The notes under the pieces: generated by a model
What the model was told of the DNA's origin: nothing
Seen by the model: the letters and a program-made list of their open reading frames with translations, nothing else
Database searches by the model: none
Made by a program: the position numbers and the translations under genes
Origin: a virus
Length of the DNA stretch: 64,000 bases
Reading direction: 5' to 3' (one strand)
Virus record (IMG/VR): IMGVR_UViG_3300030329_005658
Location: 1 to 64,000 of that record
Shown here: positions 9,754 through 20,721 of the stretch, piece by piece
Layout of the letters: each line of letters starts with the position of its first letter
Numbering within the stretch: the first letter of the stretch is position 1

Positions 9754-12700
9754 ATGGCGAATTATTATTTAGATTTTGTTGGATTGAACACATTTATTTA
9801 CGAACCGGTTGGCTGGAAGCCAGAAGAGCAATATAGTATTGCCAACCAACAGGGCCGCGAGTCTCAATGGTTTGGTACTACTTTAAATTTTCAAGTTAAA
9901 CAAAACCACATTGGTTGGGGTGATATTGCTTCTGGGTCTGCTGCTTATACAAAAAATTTCCGCTTCCCGGCACACTTGGTTGATCCGTACACCCAAGCGC
10001 ATGCGGCTGATGCTGCTGGGCTTCTTCGGGCAACAGCATCTTTTTTTCCTGCTCTTATGATTCACCGAAATGGGCCGTACGGGCACCCCACGTGGAAACA
10101 GATTAGAGTTGGTGATAACCCTCTTACACGCAGGCAAAAAAAGGAAAACGTTTTCACATATGTTGTTGAGCCCGGAGAAGAATTTGTTTCTAACCTTAAT
10201 GGCATAACAGAAACCTTGACAGCCAAATATGGCCAGATAAAATCTCTTATTGAGACCCCGGTGACATCCAAATATAAGCCTCTGACACTAACTTACTATA
10301 GCCAACCGGGAACACAGAACCAAGGAGTAGGACTTCTCAGGGCGCATGTATCTTTAGGTAACGACACTCATCATTTTAATAATGAATCATTAGATACTTA
10401 TTATAATTTATATAGTTGTGAAACTAGAGGCTGGAAGCGGCTAAAGGCAATGTATTTAGAAGGTGCCAAATCCATTGGCGCCTACTCCTCAAATGGGAGC
10501 CCCGTAAGCAGAGTGGATAAGTTAACTTATTCTGAAATAGTTTATCCACCTTCCGTTTATACATATAAAAAGTATACAAGACAAAGAACGACATTTGCTT
10601 TTAATTGGAGAGACAACCGAGAAAACAGGACTGAAGTTGTTTCACACAACTTTGTTGATGTTGGGTCTGCTGTTAATATAACGCAAAGCAAGTGGTCAAT
10701 GGATGTTGAATCTACCTGGGGCACCCGAGTAGAAACAGGTGCTGGATTTTTCCGTCATCACGGAGTTGAGCAAGTTTTCGGTAAAGACCAGCGAGATTTT
10801 GGAATTCTTCAAAACTCTTATTCAAGATATCTTCTCGGGTTAAATTTTATTATTAGTCTTAGTGCGAGTGTACAACTTGATGATTATTTGAAGCCGGCCC
10901 CTCTTTACGCTTACCATCATACACTTACTGATTCGGCCTCTGTAGTTTCTCCCAATGGGATGAAAATACAGGGTGTTAGCTATGGTACTAGTATGGGGAA
11001 TCTTGCCACCACGCAATTGCCTAGTGGCGAGGCCAAATGGGAAGCAAACACAACTAGGCAAATTATATCCTCAAGCGCTGATGGTGAGTTTGTTTATATT
11101 GATGAAGCAAGAAACCCATTCTATGATTCTTATGATGAATACTGTGAAGAGCTTAGACTTAAATATAAAAATTATTCGATTGTTCCAGAATTTAGAATGA
11201 GTGGCCGAATTGGGACTGGGTTCATTTTTAATGTTCAACCAGAGCACTGGTCACACTTTGAGGTGACTGGTGGTTTAATACATAAAAAGAACAGCCGAGA
11301 TGATGATTTTTATAAGATTTTCTCCAATTCTGACTTTTTAAAGCACTTCGATGCTGTTGCTTGGACAAATAAAGATGTATTGGAACCGCACAGCATTACC
11401 CTAACTTGTAATGCGGCTATGAAATTTCTTCCGTACGAAGGGTTTTACCCGGCAGAGAGGACTGTACAATTATCTGAGCAGTTTTTTAATTCCTACAAAG
11501 GAGGATTATCTTTTGAGCAATCAGGTAGCAACCAGTACGAACCAAGAGATGTGGGGTATACGATACTGATGACACCCCTCTTCGCTCCAGGGGTACTGTT
11601 TAACTCAATTAAATCGGGTATTGCCTGTGACTACCCAATTATAACTGGTTCTTTTCTCTCTTTAACAAACAAAATTACTAAAAGTAGTGGCAATTATTAT
11701 TTACACGTAAACCAGCCTCACGACGGCACAGCGCTGTTTGATAAAAGGGTGCCATTTAGAGCCCTTTTGGAGCCGGAAAAATATTTAAAGAATGTTAGTC
11801 TTCCTAGCAACATACCACACGAATATGGCAATCTATCTTCATCTATTCTTTGGGCCCCGGAAGGTAGCGAAGACAGGCTATATAAAATGATGATGCATAA
11901 TTTTGTTTCTGAAGTACCAGAATTCTTTTTGTCGGATGATAACTTTACAACATTTACTTCCTTGCCCTCTAACGATTCCAATTTTGGTAATCTGGTGAGT
12001 GGCAGCACTTATTTTATGAGAGTGGCCCTAAACAAGACAATGGGCGGAGCAAATATTCCTGTTGTGTCTGGGTCTTCTGAAGTAAAATACATACCTCCTC
12101 AATATGTAAATACAAATGATCGAGATACTATTTTGGACACTAGTTACGAAAATTTTACAATGTATTCTAGGCCTACGGGTTTTGGCCCCCCTTCGATAAT
12201 CCAGCATTTTTATCAAGGTGAAGGAGTTACTGGGTCTACAAATTCAGCTAATGGGGAAAACTACCCCTTTACACCTCCGTATTATTATGGTGGGGGCTTC
12301 GCGGATATACAATTCACTCCTACTACAACCAAAAAACACACAGTTTATGAGATAATTGCCGGTGCGGAAGTAGAATATTATAGATATCACAACATCAACG
12401 GCAGAGACCAATGGCTCAAGACAGACGCGATCAATAAGAATGCCATGCATGTGGATGCTTCTCTTTCTTTATTTGGAATAGGTGAAGTAGACGATGATCG
12501 AATGATGTCAAGTAACGAGCCGAATGCTCGCTGGATAATACAGCCTTGGTTTGAGACACCGATGTTAAACTTTAATCATTTATCTGCTTCATCAGCGGTG
12601 ACACTGCCAACAAATGCATCCCAGTCTGTACCGAGGGGAATGTGGCACCAATATGGAAGAATAGAGCAGGACCCAGCAAAGGGCATTTTTATGAGCGTCT

Positions 12701-13947
12701 CAGACATTCCTGCTGATTGGCACATAAATGCGATAGGCGGCAATTTTGCGCACATCCCACCAGCCGGAAATCACTCTGGTAGTCACAAGATCAGAAGCCT
12801 CGCAGAGGCCATTGGGATGCAGAACCAATCAAGGCGCCTTGGTGAATTAAAAGAAACTAAATTGGTCAAAGAGGCCATCGTCGCCGTGCCTTTCTTCGAA
12901 CCACTCACTGGTGAAAGAAGTTTTTTTAGAATAGCAAGACAAGATTGGGATAACTCCGTTTTCAGGGCCGAAGAGGGCATAGGCATGTCCGCTAGGATGG
13001 CCCTGTCTGAGGAAGCAGTGAAGCTGGCTTCTCAAATGAAAGAGTTTGTGTTTCCACCACCAATGGACTTTTACCACAATAGGCATATTCAGCCATTTGT
13101 TATGTACGTTTTCGAATTTGAGCATCTTTTTAATAAACAGGATTTGGCGGACATGTGGCAGAATTTACCCCCTAAGCTCTCAAGGCAGTTTAAATCAGCC
13201 ACTAGCACCATAACTCATGAGTTGTTTTCACATGAATTTCTGGGCAGTGGGGCCTTTTATGCTGATGGCGGCAGCGACCAGATGATTCCAGGCATAAAGG
13301 ACCCAAAAAAATTACGAGACCGCATTCAGTGGATGGTATTTAAAGTAAAACAGAGGGCAAAGTCTAATTGGTATGAGAAGGTTGCCATACAAGATCCAGA
13401 GGCCCCACCTGATTTCCAGGTATCAATTGGCAACGAAAACATTAAGAACGAAGCCCCAATTAACTATAATTGGCCTTATGATTTCTTTTCTATGATCGAA
13501 CTAGTTAACATCGAGGCAGCAATTGATATGAAGAAAATCCCCCCTGGTAGACAGGCCATCCCAGATAGACCGCCCGAAGAAGAGCAGACTCCCTCAGAAT
13601 CAGGTTATGCTGTTTTTGAAAACGAAACAGATATGATAACAGATTTTATGGAAAAACGGGATGATTCCACCCCTCAGATGGAAATTGATCGAGGGCAGTT
13701 TGAAGCATTGCAGCCATCCTCGATTCACGGCCAGAATACTTCAGAGGTCATGGGGGCTGTTGTTAAAGTAACTCCGCAGTATGTAACGAATCAGATATCT
13801 GAAATTGAACAAAAGCTCACGGAGGGATCTTATCTGCCGGCTACAGCGAATCAAGCTCGAAATGAAATCCAGGCGATCAGTCAAATGAATACAAACTCCC
13901 CAGCAGTGCTTCAGCGCCTACAGGCATTAAAGAATATGTTGGAATAA
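9754..13947 (+). CDS. Large putative virion structural protein
   Basis: About 1397-aa ORF. ATG at 9754 follows the previous stop directly. Ser/Gly-rich like its neighbours; function not recognised. Confidence 0.55.
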   Translation: MANYYLDFVGLNTFIYEPVGWKPEEQYSIANQQGRESQWFGTTLNFQVKQNHIGWGDIASGSAAYTKNFRFPAHLVDPYTQAHAADAAGLLRATASFFPALMIHRNGPYGHPTWKQIRVGDNPLTRRQKKENVFTYVVEPGEEFVSNLNGITETLTAKYGQIKSLIETPVTSKYKPLTLTYYSQPGTQNQGVGLLRAHVSLGNDTHHFNNESLDTYYNLYSCETRGWKRLKAMYLEGAKSIGAYSSNGSPVSRVDKLTYSEIVYPPSVYTYKKYTRQRTTFAFNWRDNRENRTEVVSHNFVDVGSAVNITQSKWSMDVESTWGTRVETGAGFFRHHGVEQVFGKDQRDFGILQNSYSRYLLGLNFIISLSASVQLDDYLKPAPLYAYHHTLTDSASVVSPNGMKIQGVSYGTSMGNLATTQLPSGEAKWEANTTRQIISSSADGEFVYIDEARNPFYDSYDEYCEELRLKYKNYSIVPEFRMSGRIGTGFIFNVQPEHWSHFEVTGGLIHKKNSRDDDFYKIFSNSDFLKHFDAVAWTNKDVLEPHSITLTCNAAMKFLPYEGFYPAERTVQLSEQFFNSYKGGLSFEQSGSNQYEPRDVGYTILMTPLFAPGVLFNSIKSGIACDYPIITGSFLSLTNKITKSSGNYYLHVNQPHDGTALFDKRVPFRALLEPEKYLKNVSLPSNIPHEYGNLSSSILWAPEGSEDRLYKMMMHNFVSEVPEFFLSDDNFTTFTSLPSNDSNFGNLVSGSTYFMRVALNKTMGGANIPVVSGSSEVKYIPPQYVNTNDRDTILDTSYENFTMYSRPTGFGPPSIIQHFYQGEGVTGSTNSANGENYPFTPPYYYGGGFADIQFTPTTTKKHTVYEIIAGAEVEYYRYHNINGRDQWLKTDAINKNAMHVDASLSLFGIGEVDDDRMMSSNEPNARWIIQPWFETPMLNFNHLSASSAVTLPTNASQSVPRGMWHQYGRIEQDPAKGIFMSVSDIPADWHINAIGGNFAHIPPAGNHSGSHKIRSLAEAIGMQNQSRRLGELKETKLVKEAIVAVPFFEPLTGERSFFRIARQDWDNSVFRAEEGIGMSARMALSEEAVKLASQMKEFVFPPPMDFYHNRHIQPFVMYVFEFEHLFNKQDLADMWQNLPPKLSRQFKSATSTITHELFSHEFLGSGAFYADGGSDQMIPGIKDPKKLRDRIQWMVFKVKQRAKSNWYEKVAIQDPEAPPDFQVSIGNENIKNEAPINYNWPYDFFSMIELVNIEAAIDMKKIPPGRQAIPDRPPEEEQTPSESGYAVFENETDMITDFMEKRDDSTPQMEIDRGQFEALQPSSIHGQNTSEVMGAVVKVTPQYVTNQISEIEQKLTEGSYLPATANQARNEIQAISQMNTNSPAVLQRLQALKNMLE

Positions 13948-13950
13948 AAA

Positions 13951-14841
13951 ATGACTTTTTTTAATAGCAAAGAGGAAAGTGTAATCATAGAGCTAACAAA
14001 GCACGGCAGAGAGCTTTTGTCCAAAGGGCAAATGAAGCCGGTATATTATGCTTTTTCTGATGACGATATTTTATATGATTCCCAAAAAGGAGGATTTTCA
14101 GAAGTTAACAGTGCTATCAAAACTAGAATTGTAGATGAGACCCCAAGGCTTAAACCAATTTCCTCTAAAAAGATAGAATCAGATCATTCAAACATTGTTG
14201 GCCATGAGGATTATGATCACGACAAAAGATCATTAATAGGGACGGTGTCTCACAATAATACACTATTTTCTCCTTCCTGGGATGCTACACTATTAGACGG
14301 CGAAATTACATCAGTGACCAATACAATAGACTCAGTAGCTACAGTTGATTGTGTTTTCGAATATTCAATGTCTTTTGGCCGGGTGTCAGATCGCAATGAG
14401 TCATTTTCAAATTATGGAATGAATCCTGTTAATTTTAAAGCCGACGGCTCCTTTCTAAATATAGAGGAAAACAATCTTCTGCTGCACCTTGAAGAGAAGA
14501 ACACTGATATTAATAAAGACAATTTCGAGCTTGAGGTTTACATTTATGAACACGATGAGCAAACAATGAATCAACTACACTTTATCAAAAGGCCCTCAAA
14601 TGTAATTAACAATATTTATGTTGACGATGTGAAAGGCGCTATTGAGCCTACTCCGGACCATGTAGAATATTATTTTAATGTCACTTTTGATAGAGAGATA
14701 CCAGATGAAGATGTCTGCGAGGGTATTAGCAATTTAAAAAGTAAAAACATTTATTTAGATTACGATATAAAATGCCCTGATAGGGAGCCTGGTGAAATAA
14801 ACATCTACGGTTCTGAAATTGAAGATTTGGAGGATTGCTAA
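13951..14841 (+). CDS. Putative baseplate protein, paralog of 19761..20708
   Basis: N-terminal IELTKHGRELLSKG...YYAFSDDDILYD aligns by eye with AVLTDHGRKVLAKG...KFAVGDEEIDY. Confidence 0.55.
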   Translation: MTFFNSKEESVIIELTKHGRELLSKGQMKPVYYAFSDDDILYDSQKGGFSEVNSAIKTRIVDETPRLKPISSKKIESDHSNIVGHEDYDHDKRSLIGTVSHNNTLFSPSWDATLLDGEITSVTNTIDSVATVDCVFEYSMSFGRVSDRNESFSNYGMNPVNFKADGSFLNIEENNLLLHLEEKNTDINKDNFELEVYIYEHDEQTMNQLHFIKRPSNVINNIYVDDVKGAIEPTPDHVEYYFNVTFDREIPDEDVCEGISNLKSKNIYLDYDIKCPDREPGEINIYGSEIEDLEDC

Positions 14842-14842
14842 T

Positions 14843-17725
14843 ATGTCAACTGAGCAGATAGGTTTTGAAATTTTACCAAACACATACATATCTAAAATCT
14901 CTTTACATGAGGGCACCAACAACTCATATTATGGACGAGCACATGTTTATGTTAGAGACCAAACGCAAGATGATGGCCGTTTGGTGTGGTCGGGCGATAA
15001 AAATATAATGGAAAAACTTAAATTCATGTTTATGGATGTTCGCGCTTCTGCCTATATTGGCTCAATCACCTCTGGTAGATATAAATTAAATGACTTGATG
15101 AAGCTGGAGTCGAGATCTGAAGGCAGGGTAAGAACACAATATAGAAATGTAAATAATTGTAAAAAGATTCAAAAGGGAAACGACATTTATTATAAAACTA
15201 CTTTTGAGTTTAGTATAAATCAATATACTGCCGATCATGCGATTTTTTGCTGCCTTGTGATGGATTCCTCAATGGCCTCAAGCGGAAATCCAATTATTGA
15301 TAAATACACAATGAATCTAAAGGGCCCCACAACATCTGAATATATAATTCAAAATTTTAATTTAAATACAAAAAGCAATATTTTTACAAGACCAGACGGA
15401 AGCCAGTGGCATGGACCTGTTCATTATCACCAATCTGTGGGATATATGGAGGGAGCCACCCATACCGATCAGGCCCATGGGGAGCTTCGAAGAAGAGCTA
15501 TTAATAATCTTAAAATAATAAATCATATTGATTTCTTGTTTAAGCCGAAAACAACATTAAGAAAACCAAGAAATACACCAGTTACAAAATTGTGGCACCT
15601 GTTTAGAAGCAACGGAAATTTAAATGGCCTCTTTGGTATAAATTACAAAAACATATTAATTCGACACACGAAATATGGCCATAGTTTAGTCAATATAGAT
15701 CCAGCAGATATGGTGTCTTTGATACAAAGTATCAAAGTAAACAAATTAGCTATTAAAAGAAACAAGGTTAAAGTCTCCATGGGCGCTGGTGTGGTTCCAA
15801 GGAGAAAAATTAATACAAAGATTCTAGAATCTAGTGACGTGATAAGCTCATTTAGTGATGATTTCGGCACGTTCAAAGAGGCCATGATCGTTGATGATGG
15901 TGTCGATAGAATGCTGTTTTCTGACGAGATACGAACCAAAGCAGGCCTTGAAGTGGTAGACGAGAGTAGAATATATGTTGAGGACCTTTCTTCATTAAAA
16001 ATTAAATCTAATATAAAAGAGGTTTTTTTCAACATTAATGACAATATTAGATTTTATGAATTCCAAGATAACACTGTTGATAGAACCACTTACGGCGATT
16101 ATACATATCATGCCTCTCTGTCTTTTAGAGATCCGACTATTGACTTTGTCAACAATCTGTTGAAAGAAGCCAAAGCAGGGCTCAGTTCTTTAAAAAATTA
16201 TTTAAGTCGTCTTTTAGCGCATGACAATTATGATTATGATTTGGATTTAATAGAACAGCACTTTATTGATAGTGAGCTTAAGAGGTATAAGGGCAGTTTA
16301 GATTCTGCGCCTTGGTCAAAGAGCGTAAAGAATTATTCAAAATATATAAACTTCCTTTTCCAAGTGACAGAGGAGCAGGTTGATTTTTTGCTAAACACTT
16401 CCATTCCCAAGGTACATCCTAAAACAGCAAGCATAGATTCGATTAAATTATTTATAAAACAATATGAACAAGTGCTTAATAAATTATATAAACAATTTGA
16501 TATTTCTGTAGCAAAAATAACCTCAGGTAGAGCAAGACAAACAGCCAGGCCCCTTAACAGCCATCCTCATACTAATATTATTACATTATCTTTTGATTTT
16601 AAGAATGTTGTAGAGACAAAGGATAACAAGTTGTTTTATAATTTTTTACCAGCAAGCCCCGGCAGCGGAATAAGATCGGTGCTAAAACAAGACCTCTTAC
16701 AAAGGCTTCAGTATGAACAAGGCAGATACAGTTCGCGTAATTTACTAACAGGGCTTACAGCGCATTCGTTACAAAATGGAAGCGATGCCACCATGATTCG
16801 ATTTCCAGACTGGGACAACGCATACATTAGGAAATTAAATAAAATATTTAGAAATTTAACATTAATAACGTGGAATGATATTGTTATAACAGAGGAAGAT
16901 GCTGAGGTTGACATTATTTCTGAAATTCCAGAGTCCGTATACGAACCAGCAGCAACATATTTGGATGAGTCTTCAAAATTTATCACAAGTGAAGATTCAG
17001 ATGATCGTTGTAACTATAACACTTGGCACACTTACAGGGAAGAGCGAATTTACCCTCAACAAGATAGTATTGTAGCTTATGATGATCTTAGTGAAGTAGA
17101 GAAGTCACAACTTGTTGGAAGCGCAGATTTAATTATACGTGCTTATGTCAGCTACTGGACTTCTCATCAAATAGAAGTGCTTGACGGGTTCATGAGTAGC
17201 GAAAGAGACAGTCCGATTACTCATTTGGAAAACTGGAGATCCCTAAGTCTTGATGATTTAGCAACGCAAGAGGGGGCCCTGTTGTGTAGGATAAGGTATG
17301 TTGGCCCAGGGTGGCAATCAAGTCCTGAAGAAAGGCCGCTGCTCCATGCTACAATGCTACCAGACACAGTTAACAAGTATTTTTTTGTAATTTCTAACTT
17401 AAATGACTTAAATACAGAACCGAAAGGCCCAGGTAAAAGAAGCGACAAATATAATATTTCAATACTTCAATCATTCGATTATAACTTGGACATTTCAACT
17501 AGTAATATTATAAAACAAAACATTACAACAGATAAAAAGAACATGGAGCCAACTTTACTCGAAAATCTAAATGAAATGGTTGATGCGTCTGATATGGTGG
17601 CGACAGGAGTTAATATTATAGGGTCTTTTGCCGAGCCGACTCCATCGCAAGCCCCAGCAGCGACTCCAACGAGTATTAGCCCCACTTCAATGGCAACACC
17701 TGTCGCTTCAGGAGGGGGATATTAA
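14843..17725 (+). CDS. Hypothetical (virion-associated) protein with a His-rich motif
   Basis: About 960-aa ORF with ATG at 14843. Contains WHGPVHYH..YMEGATHTDQAH. Confidence 0.5.
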   Translation: MSTEQIGFEILPNTYISKISLHEGTNNSYYGRAHVYVRDQTQDDGRLVWSGDKNIMEKLKFMFMDVRASAYIGSITSGRYKLNDLMKLESRSEGRVRTQYRNVNNCKKIQKGNDIYYKTTFEFSINQYTADHAIFCCLVMDSSMASSGNPIIDKYTMNLKGPTTSEYIIQNFNLNTKSNIFTRPDGSQWHGPVHYHQSVGYMEGATHTDQAHGELRRRAINNLKIINHIDFLFKPKTTLRKPRNTPVTKLWHLFRSNGNLNGLFGINYKNILIRHTKYGHSLVNIDPADMVSLIQSIKVNKLAIKRNKVKVSMGAGVVPRRKINTKILESSDVISSFSDDFGTFKEAMIVDDGVDRMLFSDEIRTKAGLEVVDESRIYVEDLSSLKIKSNIKEVFFNINDNIRFYEFQDNTVDRTTYGDYTYHASLSFRDPTIDFVNNLLKEAKAGLSSLKNYLSRLLAHDNYDYDLDLIEQHFIDSELKRYKGSLDSAPWSKSVKNYSKYINFLFQVTEEQVDFLLNTSIPKVHPKTASIDSIKLFIKQYEQVLNKLYKQFDISVAKITSGRARQTARPLNSHPHTNIITLSFDFKNVVETKDNKLFYNFLPASPGSGIRSVLKQDLLQRLQYEQGRYSSRNLLTGLTAHSLQNGSDATMIRFPDWDNAYIRKLNKIFRNLTLITWNDIVITEEDAEVDIISEIPESVYEPAATYLDESSKFITSEDSDDRCNYNTWHTYREERIYPQQDSIVAYDDLSEVEKSQLVGSADLIIRAYVSYWTSHQIEVLDGFMSSERDSPITHLENWRSLSLDDLATQEGALLCRIRYVGPGWQSSPEERPLLHATMLPDTVNKYFFVISNLNDLNTEPKGPGKRSDKYNISILQSFDYNLDISTSNIIKQNITTDKKNMEPTLLENLNEMVDASDMVATGVNIIGSFAEPTPSQAPAATPTSISPTSMATPVASGGGY

Positions 17726-19716
17726 TGAGTATAAAAAGACGGTTTCTTTCTAACAATGATCCATTGCTGACAGATGCTATAATAGAAAAAACAATAATTA
17801 AGAATTATAGTATTATAAATGAGGGCCCTGTTCAAAAGATAATAGTACATTCTGAAGTTGGTGCTTTCAATAATATTGAACAGTGGGAGAATCAACTTAA
17901 TTTATCTTTTTCTTTAGATACCGCAATTAGAAATTATGATTTTTCTTTTGCGTTCGCGGAAAATGCTAAAGACAAAAACTCAACAGAACAAAATTTCTCA
18001 AGCCCATTTTATTCTATTGATGGTCAATTTAATTATTATTCTGATTATCTAGATAAGAGCGATATCACTAACGAGAAAGACTTATTATCATTTTACTTAT
18101 TTTACGAAAACGAAGAAAACAAAAAGTATAGAGACATATCCTCGTTGCCTATGGTCAAGCAGTTGAGCAAGCCTTTATTCTCTAATTTTGTTTACAATTA
18201 CTCTTCACAATACATAATGAAATCAGATACTTCTTTGGGGGTTATATCTAATACGCTTTTTGGTACGGATTACAATTTAACGAAAAACTTTAATAAAAAG
18301 GGCGATTTTCCAATTTATAATGAGGTTAAGTTTTCTTACCAAGATCATACAAATATACTTAAATCAAATTTAAATAAAGCAAACTTACTTGAACATTTTA
18401 TTTGTAATATGTTATATACCCCGATGGCAGTGGATACAATGTCAATCGGCCTCCAGCAGCCAGCTAGTATAAGATATACTGATTTGTTTAGTATTGTTGA
18501 TAACTTTACAAACCACTCAGAAAATAAAATTATTTTATCAAAAAAAGATATGACAACTTTAACCTCTATGTCTTTTTTGAGGAGGTCGATCCTTACATCT
18601 GCTATTGTTGATATAACTTCAAAACATAGAACATTTCACCAATTAATTCTTCAAGAGGGTTGTGAAACCGAAATGTTATTTTTTAGAGTTGACAAATACG
18701 CTGGTAATGTTGGTGGGGTTCCGATACAAACATATCATGTCCCGGCTAACAGTGATGTTATAAGCATATTAGACACCCAAGTATTCCATGATACAACTTA
18801 CTTTTATGTTGTAACGGCATATGTTATAGTTTACGGAACAGAGTATTCTTATTCAATTGATAAGAGTTACGAAGACCGTGGAAAGTTTAAGTCGGAAATT
18901 GTAGTCAATACAAAACCTAGTGCTAGAATATACGAGGTGGAAGTGTTTAGAGATAGCTCCACAATAATAGAAACACCGCTCAATAAGCCAGGGGCCGTTT
19001 TTATAAATTCATCTGACAGTTCAAACAAAATAATATTTAAAATAGAGCAGCCTTTAATGGGCCTTGAGAGTGAATTTAATGAAATTTCATTCTCTGATGC
19101 CACACAGCGCGAATTGATGAAACAAAGTGTTACAGATTCTAGGAAATATAAATTCAAACACAGCAAGATCCAAACCAAATATCAAGTATACAGAATGAAC
19201 ACAAAACCAAAAAGCTATTTGGATTTTGATGCCAATCTTATTGATGAGATAGATTCTGAATATAATTCTAGTATTTTGATATCAGAAGATTATATATTGC
19301 CGAATAAAAAATATTATTATACATTTAGGGCTATAAATATTACTGGGAAACTTTCAAACCCTTCAGCAGTTTACGAAGTTGAATTAGTTAAGAATGGTGA
19401 TCAATCGAGAGTGGTGACCAAGGTAATTGATTTCGAGAGCCACAAGCCAGAAGTCAAATCTATGCCATTCAAGCAATTGATGCAGGTGCTCCCAGCAGAT
19501 GAGCAACGTTTCTTTGACCCAGAAGACGAAATAATAGTTAATGCCAATAGTTATAGTGATTTGTTTCATTATATAAATTTGGGAGCAGGTTTGGATAGAC
19601 AATTGTGGAATAGGAAATTTAAATTTCGAATCAAATCAAAATCAACAGGAAAAGTTTTGGACTTTAATATTAAATTTAAAATTAAGAAGATTAAGGACGT
19701 TGAAGATTTAAAATAA
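17725..19716 (+). CDS. Hypothetical (virion-associated) protein with FN3-like segments
   Basis: 663-aa ORF overlapping the previous stop (TAATG). TTYFYVVTAY and PNKKYYYTFRAIN resemble FN3-type strands. Confidence 0.5.
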   Translation: MSIKRRFLSNNDPLLTDAIIEKTIIKNYSIINEGPVQKIIVHSEVGAFNNIEQWENQLNLSFSLDTAIRNYDFSFAFAENAKDKNSTEQNFSSPFYSIDGQFNYYSDYLDKSDITNEKDLLSFYLFYENEENKKYRDISSLPMVKQLSKPLFSNFVYNYSSQYIMKSDTSLGVISNTLFGTDYNLTKNFNKKGDFPIYNEVKFSYQDHTNILKSNLNKANLLEHFICNMLYTPMAVDTMSIGLQQPASIRYTDLFSIVDNFTNHSENKIILSKKDMTTLTSMSFLRRSILTSAIVDITSKHRTFHQLILQEGCETEMLFFRVDKYAGNVGGVPIQTYHVPANSDVISILDTQVFHDTTYFYVVTAYVIVYGTEYSYSIDKSYEDRGKFKSEIVVNTKPSARIYEVEVFRDSSTIIETPLNKPGAVFINSSDSSNKIIFKIEQPLMGLESEFNEISFSDATQRELMKQSVTDSRKYKFKHSKIQTKYQVYRMNTKPKSYLDFDANLIDEIDSEYNSSILISEDYILPNKKYYYTFRAINITGKLSNPSAVYEVELVKNGDQSRVVTKVIDFESHKPEVKSMPFKQLMQVLPADEQRFFDPEDEIIVNANSYSDLFHYINLGAGLDRQLWNRKFKFRIKSKSTGKVLDFNIKFKIKKIKDVEDLK

Positions 19717-19720
19717 AGTT

Positions 19721-19727
19721 CTATTTA
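19721..19727 (+). promoter_or_regulatory. Putative late promoter motif CTATTTA
   Basis: Intergenic copy of the recurring motif, 33 nt before the ATG at 19761. Confidence 0.6.
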
Positions 19728-19760
19728 TAGAGTGAATAAAATATTAATAGGAGCATTTAG

Positions 19761-20708
19761 ATGGGTTTTTTAGATAATAGCGGTGATATAATTTTGGATG
19801 CCGTTTTAACAGATCATGGAAGAAAGGTATTGGCAAAGGGAGATGGTTCCTTTCAAATTACAAAATTCGCCGTTGGGGATGAAGAGATAGATTATTCTCT
19901 GTATAATATCAACCACGCTAGTGGATCTGCTTATTATGATTTAGAGATTTTGCAGACTCCTGTTTTGGAAGCGTTCACAAATAATGCCTCTTCCATGAAG
20001 ACAAAACTAATTTCATATGATAATGAAAGGCTGTTATATTTGCCAATGTTAAAATTAAATACTAACCTTAATGACACCAGGCAGCATACAAGCGGATCGT
20101 TTTTCATTGCCGTAGACCAAGAGACAGAGGGAACAGATGCCGCCGCCACTACTGCTGCTGTCGGGATTGATTCTGCTGGTGCCCATGTTCAGGGTATCTT
20201 GTTTGGAGTTTCGTTTGAGTCTTCGAATTCAATTAGAGTCGACCAGGGAATTGATTCCACTGAAGTAAGCGCACAAAACCCAGGCCTGATGCAAGGGCTA
20301 ATTGATGATATGTATATTATTCAAATGGATAATCGTTTGGGGAGAATTGTAGATTTGACTGGTGGCCGAATCGGTTTAGACTATATCGACGACGATGATG
20401 TTGGATTCTATACCGTTGATGCGTCTCATGGAATCGTTTCTAGAAACAATGACACAACCAACTCAGCAACCCAAACAATTGCTGGTCCGCGCGGAACCAT
20501 TTTACAATTTAAGGTTGCCGCGTCTTTGGATCTTAACACAAGTACATATTTGTTTAACCAACTTGGTGGGCAAACTACTATGGTCAATAAGGCAGGCTCA
20601 GTTAGTCAAAGTGTCCGATATATTGACACAATAATCAGAGTCACCGGTATGCAAACTGGATATAGTTTGGATATCCCTGTAAGATTCATCAAAACAATTA
20701 CAACTTAA
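19761..20708 (+). CDS. Virion structural (baseplate/tail-fibre attachment-like) protein
   Basis: AGGAG RBS. LT..G...LA....ITKFA.GD motif resembles the N-termini of tail-fibre/baseplate proteins. Confidence 0.6.
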   Translation: MGFLDNSGDIILDAVLTDHGRKVLAKGDGSFQITKFAVGDEEIDYSLYNINHASGSAYYDLEILQTPVLEAFTNNASSMKTKLISYDNERLLYLPMLKLNTNLNDTRQHTSGSFFIAVDQETEGTDAAATTAAVGIDSAGAHVQGILFGVSFESSNSIRVDQGIDSTEVSAQNPGLMQGLIDDMYIIQMDNRLGRIVDLTGGRIGLDYIDDDDVGFYTVDASHGIVSRNNDTTNSATQTIAGPRGTILQFKVAASLDLNTSTYLFNQLGGQTTMVNKAGSVSQSVRYIDTIIRVTGMQTGYSLDIPVRFIKTITT

Positions 20709-20721
20709 AAGAGAGAAAATT

